Assembly: GCA_907165135.1 (NCBI GenBank)
Contig: OU015569.1
Span: 3,658,001 to 3,722,000 of the forward strand
DNA length: 64,000 nt
Direction: 5' to 3'
DNA from: Oikopleura dioica
Lineage: Eukaryota; Animalia; Chordata
This document shows, piece after piece, positions 1 through 17,070 of the stretch (its first letter is position 1; every line of letters begins with the position of its first letter). The notes beneath the pieces were generated by a model. That model was not told the DNA's origin, did not search any database, and saw only the letters and a list, made by a program, of their open reading frames with translations. The position numbers were made by a program, and so were the translations under genes.

Positions 1-108
1 ATCTATTCTAAAGATATCGATTAACAAAATACGAGACGCATATATATTTTTATCCAAATCCAGACTCGCGCTGACAACTTCACGCTTTCACTTCTTTGGT
101 AGAAAAAG

Positions 109-883
109 ATGTTCATAGAGAAGCATTTTGCGATTCACAACGAGTCAGTTGTGATTTCTCTTCACGAATTGACCAGCTTCGTCAGAATAAGGGATGAGAA
201 GTTGGTCGTAATGACACGGTAGGAATCAGGAGTACAAGTAGTGTTCACAGTTTCGTTTCGTGAGCAGGGACCAATTCTGTTCGATTATAAAAGATTCACA
301 GCGACAAAACCGCCCGTGTTCAGTCTTTTTGTACAGTGTCGACGGAACTCAGGTATATTGCAATTTGCCTTATTTCATTAACAGTTGATGCAGTCTGTTG
401 ACCAAGGTGATGGGGAAGTTTCTTTCATTGAGCAAATTGCTTTCGGCTTAGAGTATCATCCATATTTCAACCATATGAGAAGGATTAACACACAGTTTTG
501 GATATCAAAAAGCGTTGGCTTTACTAATCCTTTTGAAGATATATCTTCTTCTTACTATCTTGTTGGTGATAGTTTTTTGGTGGTCTTTTCGTCAACTCCA
601 AGAGGCGGTTTGGTGCCCAACTCCACCACATAATACTTGGAGGTAATGAATATCAACAACAATTTGATTATTCGTTCTAGCGATGACAAGTGCTACCGAA
701 ACCAGCACAAGATCACGCGATTGTCAAAGAAAGAAAAGCGAAAGACCACTATCGGCGGCCATGATCAAAGAGTAAGAATAAAATATAAAAAAAGATAATT
801 CTTTCTAATTTCAGTTTTCGTTGTTGCAACGTTACTACTCAAACGAGAGAAGCTTTCGAGCATTCATGAAAGTGGTGCACTAG
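109..883 (+). CDS. Multi-exon gene for an uncharacterised single-pass membrane protein (5' end may extend upstream)
   Basis: Five small GT-AG introns join an open frame MFIEKHFAIH...DFGYQKALALLILLKIYLLLTILLVIVFWWSFRQ...RAFMKVVH* (stop 881-883), with one long hydrophobic helix. No family recognised. Confidence 0.5.
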
Positions 884-1200
884 TTTAACCTCATAAAGGC
901 GATCTTTATGTAAACGCGTCCTGGCACCTCGCTGAAAGATCTGACTATCTTTCGTTAAGATGATACTCTTTGAATCGTGAAAATAACTTATATATTTTAC
1001 AAATAAAAAACTTATAACTTGGGAATTTACTTCCCTTTACAATAGGATATTCAAGTGTTTCCTGTTATTTTGAGCAATTTCCTCACAAAACATTGAATTA
1101 ATTCCGCAAATTTGATTGATGTCCTCAATAAAATATTGACAGTCGGATTTTGAAGGAATAGCTGGCTTCATTTATTTACAGGGATAAACATTCAATGAGA

Positions 1201-4513
<3,313 letters not shown>

Positions 4514-5169
4514 TTTGAGATGTTATTAGAAGAGAATGGTGATTAGTTTTGTCCTTACGATTCTGAGCATCTTTGCTATTTCGCGAGTCAGCATTGTGCG
4601 GTGGTGGCGCTCACGGGGAAACACGCGCTTTCACGAACCTCTTTGGGTCCCCACGTCGCTCAGAAGTACTCAGTAATCACCCAGTCTACCTATAATTATC
4701 AACAAATTCGCGGAGACTTAAGGGAACCTCTTGCGTAATGACATAATCTAATCAACGCTGCGAGTTCTTGCGCTCTTTTCTATGACTCCTTGATGTCTGT
4801 TATGTTTTAAATTTTGTGCATAATTTTTTTTTTCGATATTATGCGAGAGTTTCCTTCAAACCATTAAGATCAGAAACTGTGATTCAGAACTAGAATGGTA
4901 TCAAATAAGAGACCGTGTTGTCGCCTTGCAATCTAAAAATTTAGTGGAGTTTTTGTTTATAAATATTTTCATCACCACGTTTCAAAAATGGTTTCTGAAA
5001 GAGCCTTGTACAAAAAGATAGATTCACTTGTTCTGAACGTAAAATTTCGTTTTGTTTTTCAATCAATGAGTGGAGACAGCATCCGTGGATATTTGAATCT
5101 TATTTGAAGATGACAAGTTAGTAGCGCTGAAAAAAGTGAAAGTGGAAACAAACGTTGAATTCTCCTGAA

Positions 5170-5720
5170 ATGGACCAAGCAGAAACTTCGAAATTGAGAG
5201 AATGCTTCGATTATTCCAGTGGAAAATTCAAGAAAGTGAGAGGAAAAGAAGCTCTCGAGTTTTGGATTTAAAAAAGTTAATTTCAAATTGATTAATTAAT
5301 TAAATTCATTAAATCCGTCGAAGATCTACCGAACAAGTGGAATTTACATCACAAAACAAGAGCTACGCGAAAATCTTAAAAGTCTGGGAAAAAGCATGAA
5401 GGAGAAAGTCGACTTTCCTACATTTATCGAAATCGCGGAGAAGTTCCGTTCAAAGACCGACCCAAAAGAAGAAGTGCTCCTCGCATTCGAAAAAGCCGAC
5501 AAAACGAAGTCAGGGATGATGCCCGTAAGAGCTCTTCGCTCGCTCATGCTCAACACAGGCGAAAAGGTAGTTTCTGTTTGAAGATAGTCTTGTGACACCT
5601 CTTTAGATGGCGGAAGGTGAGTTCAACGAGATGATGCGCGCACTTTGTATCGAATCAAGAGGAAATATTAATTACAACACCATTGTCAAGTAAAGTTTTT
5701 GCGACTGATAGGAAACTATA
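5170..5720 (+). CDS. Calmodulin-like EF-hand protein
   Basis: EEVLLAFEKADKTKSGMMPVRALRSLMLNTGEK|MAEGEFNEMMRALCIESRGNINYNTIV follows the EF3/EF4 pattern of calmodulin. The first intron boundary and the exact stop (5693 or 5720) are uncertain. Confidence 0.7.
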
Positions 5721-5965
5721 ACTCTTATCGCAGCGAATTATTTGAAGAGTTTCCTGCTGTCCCATCAATTGCAATGGAAGTCTCAACTGGACAAACGAAA
5801 CCGTCGGAGAAGTCAAAAGTAACTCAAAAATCAGCTCAGCAAGAGCTCTACTCGCGTAACTTTCTCTCGCAGCCATCTTCATCTTCTGGCTCATTTCTGG
5901 AATCATTTTAAAAAATAAAAGAAAAAAATAAAGTTTCAACTATCGTCGCGCGCGTTCCTACCTTC

Positions 5966-5979
5966 GTTTCCTTAGCAAC
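5966..5979 (+). promoter_or_regulatory. RFX X-box upstream of SPAG17
   Basis: GTTTCCTTAGCAAC is a near-consensus 14-bp X-box about 160 bp upstream of the ATG of a motile-cilium gene. Confidence 0.6.
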
Positions 5980-6137
5980 ACTAAAGCAGCCAAATCTGAG
6001 CTCGACCGAAAATATCTATGGCTTCGGGCTCTTAGCTCTGTAATTTATTTTTTGATGCCTTTGTCATTTTTCTAGAACAGATAAAGAGAGAGGACAGTTT
6101 TTGTTAAAAGGCAGCTTTTGCTACTTGGACAAAGAGA

Positions 6138-9100
6138 ATGCCGCCAAAGGCGAAAGCAGCTCCGGCAGGGAAATCAGCAGCCAAGTCTTCCTGGGAAAAT
6201 GAGCTTGTGCAGGTATTTTCATCATTTTTCGTTGTAAATTAATTTGAAATTCTTTCGAATAAAATTATAAGAATAATCAAAAAAACAAATAATTAGGAGT
6301 CGTATCAAGAGCCGGGATTCAGCTCCGAAGTTCACCTGATCCTTGGTGAAGATCAAGAAACATCATTGCAAGTTCAAGAGCGCCTCAAAGAGACCATCAC
6401 TAATCGTCAACGGTTTTCGATGGTCACTGCTGAGCAAGCGAATGAACTCGTCTTGGACAAGAAAAACCGCGGCCAAGGAATGTATTCGGAAATACTCGAG
6501 CAGTGCAAGGGCGTCGATGGAGCAGGTTGAGTGATATTGTTGAAAAGAGATTTATATCAGGTTAAGATATCACGGATGTGTCTCAGCTCCAGCCGGGAGT
6601 TTTAGCGAAACTAGTGAAAACACTTCTTCTACGCGACAAAGAAGCAGACATGGTTCGCCGAAATCTTCGACCTGGAACAGCTGACGAAGGCTCTAAGGGC
6701 GGTAAAAGAAAAGGCAGTGCGAAGAAAGGCAGCGCTAGAAAAAAATCGGCAAAATCGCCTAAACGAACACCGAGCGCGAAGGTGGTCTTAGATAGACTAA
6801 ATCATTCAATCATTCCATTTCTAACCAAGCTAGAAATGTGAACCGTGATTATGGCATTATTAATTAACATTAGCACTGTATGTTGTTTATTTAAAAAAAG
6901 GTCTCTCAATAGAGACCATCAATCAAAAATAATAGAATGCAGATAAATTACCTGTTTTGATTGACTAACTAACTTTAACCGAAATTAACATTTTCGTTCT
7001 TTACCCAGAAGAAGGCTGGAAAGGGCAAGGGCGCGGAAACCCCAGAAGTTGAGGAAAAGAAAAAGTGGTCTAACCTCAAGAAACGCGGCGAGGTAGAAGA
7101 GGAAGAAATTGTTGTTCCAAAGTACATTGACGACGAGCCAGAAAATGGACCAGATCATTATGTTCTGCTTATTGGCTTCGAAGACCCTTGCCTACCAGCT
7201 CTGCTAGCAGAAGCTGGCATTGAACTTACTTCGATCATACAAGTGAGATCCGAGAAGGGAGCTTCAAAGCCGCATCTTTTTTGGGATGATCTAACAACCA
7301 TCTTTCGCCGAGCAGAAGAAAAGGAAAGGTTTTTTATACAATCAAAGCTAAAAATACCGTATAAAAACGAAACCACGAAAAGGGTAAACTTCTTGACTGC
7401 ACACGATGGCAGTTGACTCTCTATGATGCGGACGTGGAGGCTGCCAACTTGTACGACGAGATTGCTTCACTCGCTTACGACCTCAAGGAGAAATACGCCG
7501 CGTACGCAGCGTTCAACGAAAAACTAGAGGTGGTCGAAATACCGACAGCTAGTGGAGATGAGCAAAACCGACTTATGGGCCGGTACATGTCGAAGACAAA
7601 AGATGTGCCTTTCCTTGGGCAGTCAATTAACGTACTTGTCCATGCCATGCGCGAGTCTGTTTGTAACTCGGTAGAAAGCATCGAAGCGGTCCCAACAAAA
7701 GTCGGAAATACGGCGCTGACTAATGCTATCAACAGTGCTCTTGCGTGCTTTGACCTAAATGAGGCAGAACTGGACGAATTAAAGGTCGTGGATGAGAACT
7801 TAACTTCAGAATCAATTCACTTAAATATATCATCCGTGAAAAGGACGTTTACACACCTGCAAAGCCCGAAAAGAAGCCCGCCGCTCCGATCATGAATCAG
7901 TCCGACGAGATTGGTATGCGACTTGCCACGCTTGAAACACCAAAACGCCTTGCTCAAATTGAAAAAGAGATGCTTCTCTTGTACCCATTAAATCTTGTCT
8001 ATGGCCTTGACAATACCAAAGAGCGTGATGAAGCACAGGGATTCTTGACAGACATCGATCATCACCTCTGGTCAGCTGGAAAGTACTCAGGATGAGGATT
8101 AAAAGAAAAGACGGATCTGTTAACAAGATTTTGATGAATGCTTCGAACGAAGTATGCCTTTCCCATTCTCTTGTTCATCCTTTAAAAGACTCTCAAATTC
8201 GACAAATTTTACTGCATATGTCTGCTAAACAAGTTCACCGCGTTACTGCAGACGCGACTGGTGAGCTATCAGCTCCAGCAAGCGGAAGCATTATTCCTTG
8301 GGACAAGCGCGATCACATGGAACGTTTGAAAGAAACTACAATCAAAACCGAAACGGACGATTCTACTTGTTACGAGCGATTCGAGAGATACGTTGCCACT
8401 CAGCGATTATTGGAAGCTCAAGAAGATGCAACTGCATGTCGAGTTCATCATCTAAATAGAGACGACGGGCGGATGATTGTTTTCCATAATCCAGTCGGTC
8501 AAGGTGCTAACAAGAATCAGAACTTTGAAAGTTGGTGCGAAAAGGTCGTGTCGAAGTGTAGATTCAGGCACTGGATAGAACACATTGAACCAGAAGTCGA
8601 CGAGTGGCTTGCTGAGTGGGAAAGTCAGAAGATCAAGGCGAAACAGGAGCAAGAAAGACTCATCCAAGCTCAGCTTGAAGCAGAGAGAGTGTTATCTGCC
8701 TCCGCCTTACAGGAAAGCGAAATGAACACTTTAGGTATTTTGCTGTATCTTTTTAAATCTTTAACGTCTTAATAGCTGCATATGTTATTCCTGGATCTCT
8801 CAAGGCTCAAGCACGTGACAAGGCTTTAGAAGCGTCTGCTCCAGCACTTGAAAAGAAGAAATCTTCGCGAAAATCATTGAAAAAAGATTCTCGTCCGGAA
8901 TCAAAGAAGAAATCTTCGCGATCATCTTCAAAAGCATCAGTCGGCCGAAACACGCCAAAGCCTGAAATCAAAAAAGATGACGATCCATTTCCTCAGTACA
9001 AAAGTTACAATCTCAAAGAGCGCATTTTCGCAGCGAATGGACAACAACGAAGGATTTTCACAAGTGATGGTGGTTATGTTTCCATAAAGCAGTCTGGTTT

Positions 9101-12100
9101 CAGTGATGTTGCGAACGACTTAATGATAAAAATCCGGCAGAAACGCAACACAGTGACTTACTATCAGCAAAGACCAAGGGACATTCGCAATTGGAATCCC
9201 GAGGAACAAAAACGCCCATCATCTGCGTAAGAAAATTTCCCTAATTATTATGCCAGAACGATTAATCTTTAGGTCTTCAAACAGCACTCAAATTTCCAGC
9301 ACTTCCTCGTCTCTCGCTGAGCTCATTCCACCAGCTACATTTTCATCTATTTCAGCCGTCCTAAACGATGGTATTTCTCTTGCATATTCAGTTTGTGGAG
9401 ATGGTGGTCGACCAAAGCACATTGATGTCGAGGATAAGATTGAAGATCGTCGTTTCAGGTATTTTTTCTAATTAGAACTCTATTAACTAGATTTAGATAC
9501 AAATTGATCGACGAAGAAGCCGCAGCGAGAGAGGCCTCAAAATCTCCAAAAGGAAAGAAAGCAAGTGCAAAGCCGAAGAATGAAAAAAGTGAGGACGTCA
9601 TTGATGCTACACCTGAGCCGGTTGCAGAGCCTGAAAAAGAAGAAAAACTTCAGCAATTGTATATGTCAACTCCAGATGGAACGCACTTACGTTTCGGAAT
9701 ACATGATGGCAAGATTTTTGTCCGCCTGCTGAGAGATCATGATAAGGTCATCAGTTTGACCGAGTAACACCGACAAATAACCAAAAATTTAGGAGTTCGA
9801 AAGGTTGGTGATGTTTGAGGGCATCCACAGAAAGCTGAAATCAGGGGAGCAAGAGCACCTTCACAAGGATGGCAGTGTGACTTACTTCGATGAGAAGTCG
9901 AAGGAGAAGTTTATAAAACGCGATGGCACTTCAGAGGGATGCAAAAAGATTCTCGCATACACATCCAGTGATCCCACTACTAATGATCGAATGTTCGTTC
10001 GATCAGATGGACTAACCATCGTCAAGCGTCAATTTGACGAGATTATCCAGTACCCAGATGGAACGAGAGTAACCAAGACTGACTCCGACGTTCAAGTTGA
10101 AAAGCCAGGTTGGCCATGCATACTTTTTGAAGAAAATGCTGAGAAGTGCATGATCGTGATGGCGAACGGAACCTATGTCCAAATTACTGCTGCGGGCCGT
10201 TATCAGATGTCGCACTCATCTGGCGCGTATTTTACTCTTGAAGAAGATGGAACTTTCGTTTTCTCCGCAGAGCAAAGCGGATACGCAACGCATATCATCA
10301 GACAAATGGATCCAACTGCGCTTGAAATCATCGAACCTGATGGTTTGAAAACTATTCAGGTAATCTACACACAATGCCATTTAATCACTCGCTATAGGTT
10401 TCAAATATTGGAAAAACAGCCATCATTCACAACGAAGACAACGAAGAATCCGAAGAGCGTCCGATAACTGAAGATAATTACAGGTAATGAGCTGTAGATC
10501 GGTTAGTTTTAGAGTATTTTCAGCCCTCGAGATCGTATATTCTACGTGAGATCGAAGGATCAAGTTTATGAGTTCTTGGATCACGATTGCGCGAAGCACG
10601 ATATTGAAAGTATTCAAGAGGATCCTATGAGCGCAGCTTTGCACCAGCAAGTTCCAGAAGCACCAAATGAGAAAGCGGTCACTTTGTTAACTCCTCAAAT
10701 GAGAGCGCCAAGTTGGTCTATTCACAGTTATCAAGAAGAAACACTCGTACCTCCGTATTTGCGTCAGCACAATTTGAGGAAATGTGGCAGCGGCGATACT
10801 CGAAACGGTAACTAATATTCCACGCGAACACCAAGTCCATTACACGAATATTCCATGGTGACTTTTAAAAAAAGTTTTAATGAGAGTGAGACCTTTAGCG
10901 AGATACTCCTCATGAGTTTTTAGGTCATCTTACTGCAGATGACGATCAGAACGCCCCTCAGCCACCAATGCTGAAAATAAGGTCGATTGTTGTAAATGAA
11001 ACAGTCACGGCGGAGATGAAAAAATTTGTTGCTGAGAAAATGGATCAAGTTTACGACGAAATACAAGCTAGAAAACTCGAAGAGCTACCGAAAGTTGCCT
11101 CCGATATTGCTATTGTCATTGAACGTGAGCGTTCAGATCTACTGGAGAGATTCTTAAAGCTTTCTTGCGAAACTGATACAGCAACTTTGAGGTTCGATTA
11201 TAATTTATAAAGAAATTAGCCTCTTACAAGTATGATTTAAGGGCACATTGGATCGCACAAACGCGAACACCAAGTCCACAACCTCAAGCTCCACTTCTGA
11301 AAAAGATGACCGACGAAGACTGGAAACGCGTTCAAGATGAGAGGGAAGAATATCGCCGAAATCTGAAAGCACTCAAAGAAAAGAGAATACCGAATTACTG
11401 GGAATCAGAGGATGGCAAGAGATTTTTAGAAGTTTTGAGCAAAACAGGCGGCTGTGCTAAGGCAGCTGCCAAGCTTCCTCCTCCGGAAAAGCAAGCCAAA
11501 CCATCAGGAATGTTTTCGTATTTCAAATTTCACCACTTCTAGGATAAAAAATGGAAAACCTTGTATAGATACCCCTCCAGCGACTCCTGCTGAGTCGAAT
11601 CGCGCCAAGTCTCGGCCCGCATCTGCAAGATCAGTATCAACACCTCTTCCTCCTCTTGAAAAACGAAAACCACCGATTATTCTTCCACGGTCGATGGGTC
11701 GTGAGGAGCTCATCCAACAGCAAGTAGAGATGGAGAAAATCGTTGGCTACAAGCATCCTTTTGGAATGTGGGGATATCGGTGCGACTTCAATCCCGGAAG
11801 TCTTGATTTGGGTGATTTGATCGAGGGCAAAACATATAGACGCGTGGTTCAATTGCAAAACTCAGGATTTTCAAAGCTTAGCTTTAAAATACTGTCTCCC
11901 TCGTTAACTGGGCTGACGGCGAAGTACAAAATCGGGCCGCTAGCACCAGGATTGTCCGCCAAAATTGAGGTTATCTTCAAAGCAAGCGGCGAGAAGGCTA
12001 CTCTAAGGGAAGATGGCGTCTACGACTTTGTCAACCATTTAACTCTGGAAAAGCCGATTGGCGAAAAGGATGGTATTCCACAGATTGAAGATTATATCAA

Positions 12101-12239
12101 ACTTCAAGTCGCTGCTCGTATCATACCGCTCTCTGAAGTCGAAAGGAGGAACAAATTGGGCCTTGAAACCGAAAAGCTTGCTAGAAATGTAACCGTCGTG
12201 CCTGAGCCAAAAAAGTTCGACTACAGAAATTACCAGTAA
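6138..12239 (+). CDS. SPAG17: Sperm-associated antigen 17 (PF6 homolog, axonemal central-pair protein), multi-exon
   Basis: N-terminus MPPKAK...SSWENELVQ; YIDDEPENGPDHYVLLIGF matches the SPAG17 IDDEP-x-x-G motif; DG-rich beta repeats (PDGTRVT, VEKPGWPCILF); C-terminal PapD-like domain (GDLIEGKTYRRVVQLQNSG...YKIGPLAPGLSAKIEVIF). Confidence 0.85.
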
Positions 12240-12635
12240 TTATGACCCTGTAAAGAACCTATATTTTATATGAATAAATTTTAACTTTGTACAAGTGCGT
12301 CTATTGCCCGGGGTAAGTTACCCCGATGCAAGTAAATGCAGGTCTTAATTTGTAAAACCGACAAGAAAGTACCGATCCAGGTAGTGTTAATAATAGCTGG
12401 ATGCGGGAACCCTTTTTGATTCAAAGATTTTGTATTGAATAGGAACAGTAACAATGGCCAGCAACGGCTAATAAATAATTTTTGTTTCAACATGTGGATA
12501 ACTTGAGTGAAGAGATAGATTAGAATGCTTTTTGAAAGAACTAATAAAGAAAAGAGGGTATTTCAACTATTTACGAATGACATATCCGTGGAGTACGAAA
12601 AATAGGGATGGAATAGATTTTATAAGAATAATTTC

Positions 12636-15285
12636 TTAGTAGAACTTTTTACCAGATTTCTCCATGTCGTAAAGGATTTGGGATGGAGTGAATTCAGGTC
12701 CGATCTTATCGGCAAGCCTTTCCATTCGGTTGATGAGGTTCTTAGCGCCAACAGTATCCATGTACATGAATGGGCCTCCCTTGTTTGGTGGGTATCCAGT
12801 TCCAAAGATGGCACCAATATCGCCCTAGACAATGATTTATTTTGAAAAAGAATGAGCTAAAAGACGTACCTCTTGTGGGGACATGATGACTTCTTCCTGC
12901 AGGCAAAGAGCAGCTTCGTTGGTGTATCGGAGGAGAATTCGATCAACAAGGTCGTCATCAGTGTTCAACCCGTGAGCGTTGCTCATGCTCATTTCTTGGG
13001 CGATCTTAGTAAACTGAGGAGTGACAGGTCGGGGTCCCTTCTTGTTGGAATAGTCGAAGATTCCCTTTTTGGTTTTTCGTCCCATGTTTCCTTCGTTGAT
13101 CAGCTTTTGGAGAAGCTAGAAATTTTCATTAAGGAACTGTAATGCGCTAGTGAACCCTTACGTCTGGGTTACCGCCGTCCATTCTAGAGCCGTAGAGAGG
13201 GCTGCAGCCAATATTGACAGCGGCGTGGTGAGCGATATCGACACCAACTTCATCGATAAGAGTGGCGGTACCAACAGCAAAGCCAGCTTTAGTTGAGAGC
13301 TCGTTGATCTTGGCTGGGTCGACGCCCTCCTGGAAGAGACGGAGGACCTCTTTCAAAGCGGGAGCGAGGCATCGATTGCAATAGAAGCCGGGGACGTCCT
13401 TGACGACAATGATAGTCTTCTTTTGCTTGAGGCCAACTTCGCAAGCAGCTCGGAGAGTCTCTTCGGATGTCTCAGCAGTTGGAATAATTTCCAAAAGCTC
13501 CATCTGTGGAACAGGCGAGAAGTAATGCATACCTTGAAAGTACTTGTAATGAGGGGCTCAAATAATATTTGACATTGTTTTAACATGATTAAATTGTTTC
13601 AACAAATTGATTTCACCTACCGATAACGTTCTCTGGGTGAGGATGAGCCTGAGCAATGTCTTTAACAAGAAGGCCAGAAGTATTGGTAGCAAAGATGTGA
13701 TCCTTAGGGGCAACTTCAATGATTTCGCGGATGATTCGGTGCTTCAGATCGAGGACTTCTGGGACAGCTTCGATGATAAGGCCCGAGTTAGCCATGTCGC
13801 CGTAGCTCAAAGTTGGCTTCAAGTTCTCATAGATGATTTCGGATTCCCACTAAAATTATTTTGAAAAAAAATCTGAAAATGACGAAATTCTGATGATGTA
13901 ATTCAAAAAAACTGATGGTGTACCTTTGACATTCGCTTCTTCTTAACCTTCTTGTTAAGAGCACCGTGAATTCCCTTAGCTCCTGCATCGAGATAATCAA
14001 CAGAAGCGTCTTTCAAGACGACCTTGTATCCTTTATCAATTGATACTTGAGCAATGCCAGCACCCATAAGACCAGCGCCAAGCACAGCGATTTCCTCAAC
14101 AGACTTTTCTGGTTTTCCCCATCGGTTCTTAGTGCAATGATTCTTAGCATTGAAGATGTTGATCATAGATTTAGTAACTGGGTCGACGGAGAGCTCTCCG
14201 AATTTCTTTGCCTCGGCGGCATAAGCGGCGTCAGATCCAAAACCAACCTTTGACGATTCTTTCAGAAGCTCTGCAATTGTGAGAGGAGCTGGGTAAACAC
14301 CCTTGGTTTTCTTCATGACATTATCAACCAAGTTTTTCTGGAAGAACCAGTCACGGGTGACGCCATTTGAGATCAAAGTCTTGGCGATTTTGTTGGGTCC
14401 TTTGAGTTTTTTCTGCTTTCGCTTGATGGTTCCAGCGGCGAGTTGCTTGGCATAGTCGACCGCCACTTTCTCCAAATAGTCAACAGTGGAGACTTTTCCG
14501 GGTCCAAGGGGTTCTACAGTCTGATCGACGAGACCCATCGATTTCGCCTTCTTGGCGACCTTGGCAGCGCCAGTCATAATCATAGGGAAGGCTTCTGCTG
14601 GGCCAACGAGCTGGACAAGACGCTGGGTACCGCCGGCGCCGGGGAGAACACCCAACATCACTTCAGGAAGACCGAGCTTGGTACTCTTGCTTGTCGTGGC
14701 GACTCGGTAATGGCATGCCATGGCGAGTTCGAGGCCGCCGCCAAGCGCGGGTCCGTTGATAGCAGCGACGAACTTTTTCTTCGAGTTCTCGATTCGCTTG
14801 AACATGTCCTGGCCTCCCTTGGAAAGCGCTTCTCCTTCAGCAGCCGTGGTCACCTGAATCATTTTTAAAACAATTTATCGAATCAGAGGAGTTTACGTTG
14901 TTGATCATCTGAATGTCAGCGCCAGCAACGAAGCAGCCAGGCTTGGCTGAGATGAGGACGGCAGAGGAGATGTTGGGGTTGTTTTCGATTTCGTCGAGGA
15001 CACCGGCGAACTCGTCCTGCATCGCCACGGAGATAGTGTTCATCGAACTGTCGGGCTGGTCCATACGGACGACAGCGACGCCGTCGACCACTTCCATCGA
15101 GAAGTAAGGCTTGGTCTCGACCGCGGCAGCCTTTTTACTTGATGATCAAGTAGAACGAGATAGACTCAACGAGGGAGATCAACAATTTCCTGAGTTCGGA
15201 TAGAGACAACGGGTCTGACATTGGCCAAGTTCTGACCCGCGGCTCGTGAGAGTCCGGCCCGTCCCGCGCGGATAAAGCCCAACAT
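12636..15285 (-). CDS. HADHA: Mitochondrial trifunctional enzyme subunit alpha (enoyl-CoA hydratase / 3-hydroxyacyl-CoA dehydrogenase)
   Basis: Transit peptide [14 protein letters not shown]; hydratase motifs [21 protein letters not shown] and [20 protein letters not shown]; NAD-binding [13 protein letters not shown]; [42 protein letters not shown]. Confidence 0.96.
15131..15189 (-). other. Non-canonical GA-AG intron (HADHA intron 1)
   Basis: CAG|gaaattg...gtaaaaag|GCT is the simplest in-frame join of the transit-peptide exon to [14 protein letters not shown]. Read-through meets a stop codon. Confidence 0.7.
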
Positions 15286-15437
15286 TCTTGATTAGATACA
15301 AACTTGAATACTGAACTAAAAACAATACAAAAATCTGAACTAAGGAGCAGTCTCTCAAAACACCACCAAAACATCCTTCTCGTTTTCGCGTTCTAGAAAA
15401 TAGAAGTTCTCGAAATTGAGCGAAAAAAATTCAAGGT

Positions 15438-15458
15438 GTGACGTCACCTCGGGCCAAT
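15438..15458. promoter_or_regulatory. CRE palindrome plus CCAAT box upstream of HADHA
   Basis: GTGACGTCAC at 15438-15447 and CCAAT at 15454-15458, about 150 bp upstream of the HADHA ATG. Confidence 0.5.
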
Positions 15459-17070
15459 CAGTGTGCGAATAATGCGCCCAGAATCGATCGAAAAGATGAA
15501 CTTTGAGCTGTAGAGGTGGACTTTGAGAGAAAAACCAAATTCAGACTCAAACTTCATTTCTCAGAAAAAATGTCTCTCGTCGAGTACGATGATCCGTGGT
15601 CTAAGTATTAGGGCATGCTAGTCTTTCTTCCTTCTGAAGTTAAGCCGCACTAATACTTACACAACAGGACCTCAAGTTTGATAGTTTCTCTCTCACTTTT
15701 CGTCGATTGTGAATATCTGCCAGTTAGATATAGTGAGTGCAATATTATTTTCGTCAAAATGAATAATTTCGCCTTCACTGATACCTAGTTCAAGATCTCC
15801 TTCTTTGCTTTTCTCTGTACGTAGATTTGATGCTAGAATTCTCCGAGCGCTGTCAAGGTTTAGACAATAATTGAACAAAAAACTAAGCTTTGGCAGCTCG
15901 CTCAAAGATTCAAACAAGAATATTTTTCTTCTTCATTCCTTTTTACTGACAAGCTAGCCTGCAAGAATCACCTAAAAAGAAGGTGTACAGAACTTCTTAC
16001 CAAAATTAACTGAGCCCCGGAAAACTGAAGAAATTCGAGGTCGAGTCTGAGATGATCCAAAATCGACTGTACCTATCATATAAGTTTGCCGATTTCATCC
16101 ATCCCTGAGGAACGCAGTTTTCAACGCCTAAAATAAAATGTTACACAGAGAGTCGCTGTAGAATCCGTAGCTTCCCATTGGGTGCACACTCAGAACGAGA
16201 ATTTCTAAGTTCAATTCGGAATTATCTGTAGGTAGATTATGGATGCTTTCTTTGGCTGGTTAACCAAAAGATCCCGTTATGAATATAATAGTAAACGGGA
16301 ATCCAAGGGTTGCCCAGACTGAGTTAGCATCAGACAGTCTCTTTTCAAAAGCTTCTCTTTTTTTTCGATTCTTTTCGCGTTGAAATGAGAAGTGTGAATT
16401 TCAAGTCGCATTAAACGGCTGGAAAAAGTACAGATATCGAAAACAAAATAACAGTCTGCGAGGCATGCGTCTCTTCGACTTCTCACCGTGAGAATGCCTT
16501 AGCTTGACTCTTTTCGGATCAGTTATTTCGGAATGCGATATCAGTCCGCCTCCAGTATTCATCATTCGTGTTATGTTTATGAAATATTCCTCAATCCTAC
16601 TTTTTGTTAGAAATCTGTAATTCCATGCCACTTCCATCTCTTTGCGGAAAATAGCTAAAAGTGAAATTATATTTTTTCTTATTAGGAGAAACCCCATTCG
16701 GGCGAGGTTCGCTCCGCGCTTTCTAAGAAAAATCGGAAGAGTTTGAGCCGACAAATCAGAATGCTGGAATGCTAACTCACCTAACTCATGGGCCATTAGT
16801 AATGGGCAGCCCAGGACTGCCATACGGTAATAACCCAAATGTTACTGCACCAGTCCAGTATAGTTGTAGCCGCATTGACCAACTGATTCTCACCGTCGAG
16901 TTAACTTGGGACCAACCGGTTTATTCAAAATAACTTAGTCGAAATACTTTGACTTTATAAATTAAGGGAATGAAAAAGAAATCGGTGACTTGGTGAAAGA
17001 GTCGTCTTAGTGAGGATCTTTTTCCATGTTCAACTTTTAGATGAAAGTTTTTATTTGAGATATGTTTTAG

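Noticed and set aside
1-380. Minus-strand frame interrupted only by TGA codons, suggesting a mitochondrial insert or recoding
   Set aside because: It is bounded by TAA/TAG, resembles no mitochondrial protein, and the plus strand has a coherent spliced gene.
4590-4700. GC-rich stretch faintly resembling the 5' end of SRP RNA
   Set aside because: The similarity is only a few bases, with no supporting secondary structure or Pol III terminator.
5699-5911. ORF containing QKSAQQEL, identical to a stretch of human SVBP
   Set aside because: It lacks the IYALN core, does not splice in frame to the EF-hand gene and has no good start. The better SVBP candidate is at 46253-46534.
15500-15700. HADHB expected head-to-head with HADHA as in vertebrates
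   Set aside because: No thiolase motifs on the plus strand here.
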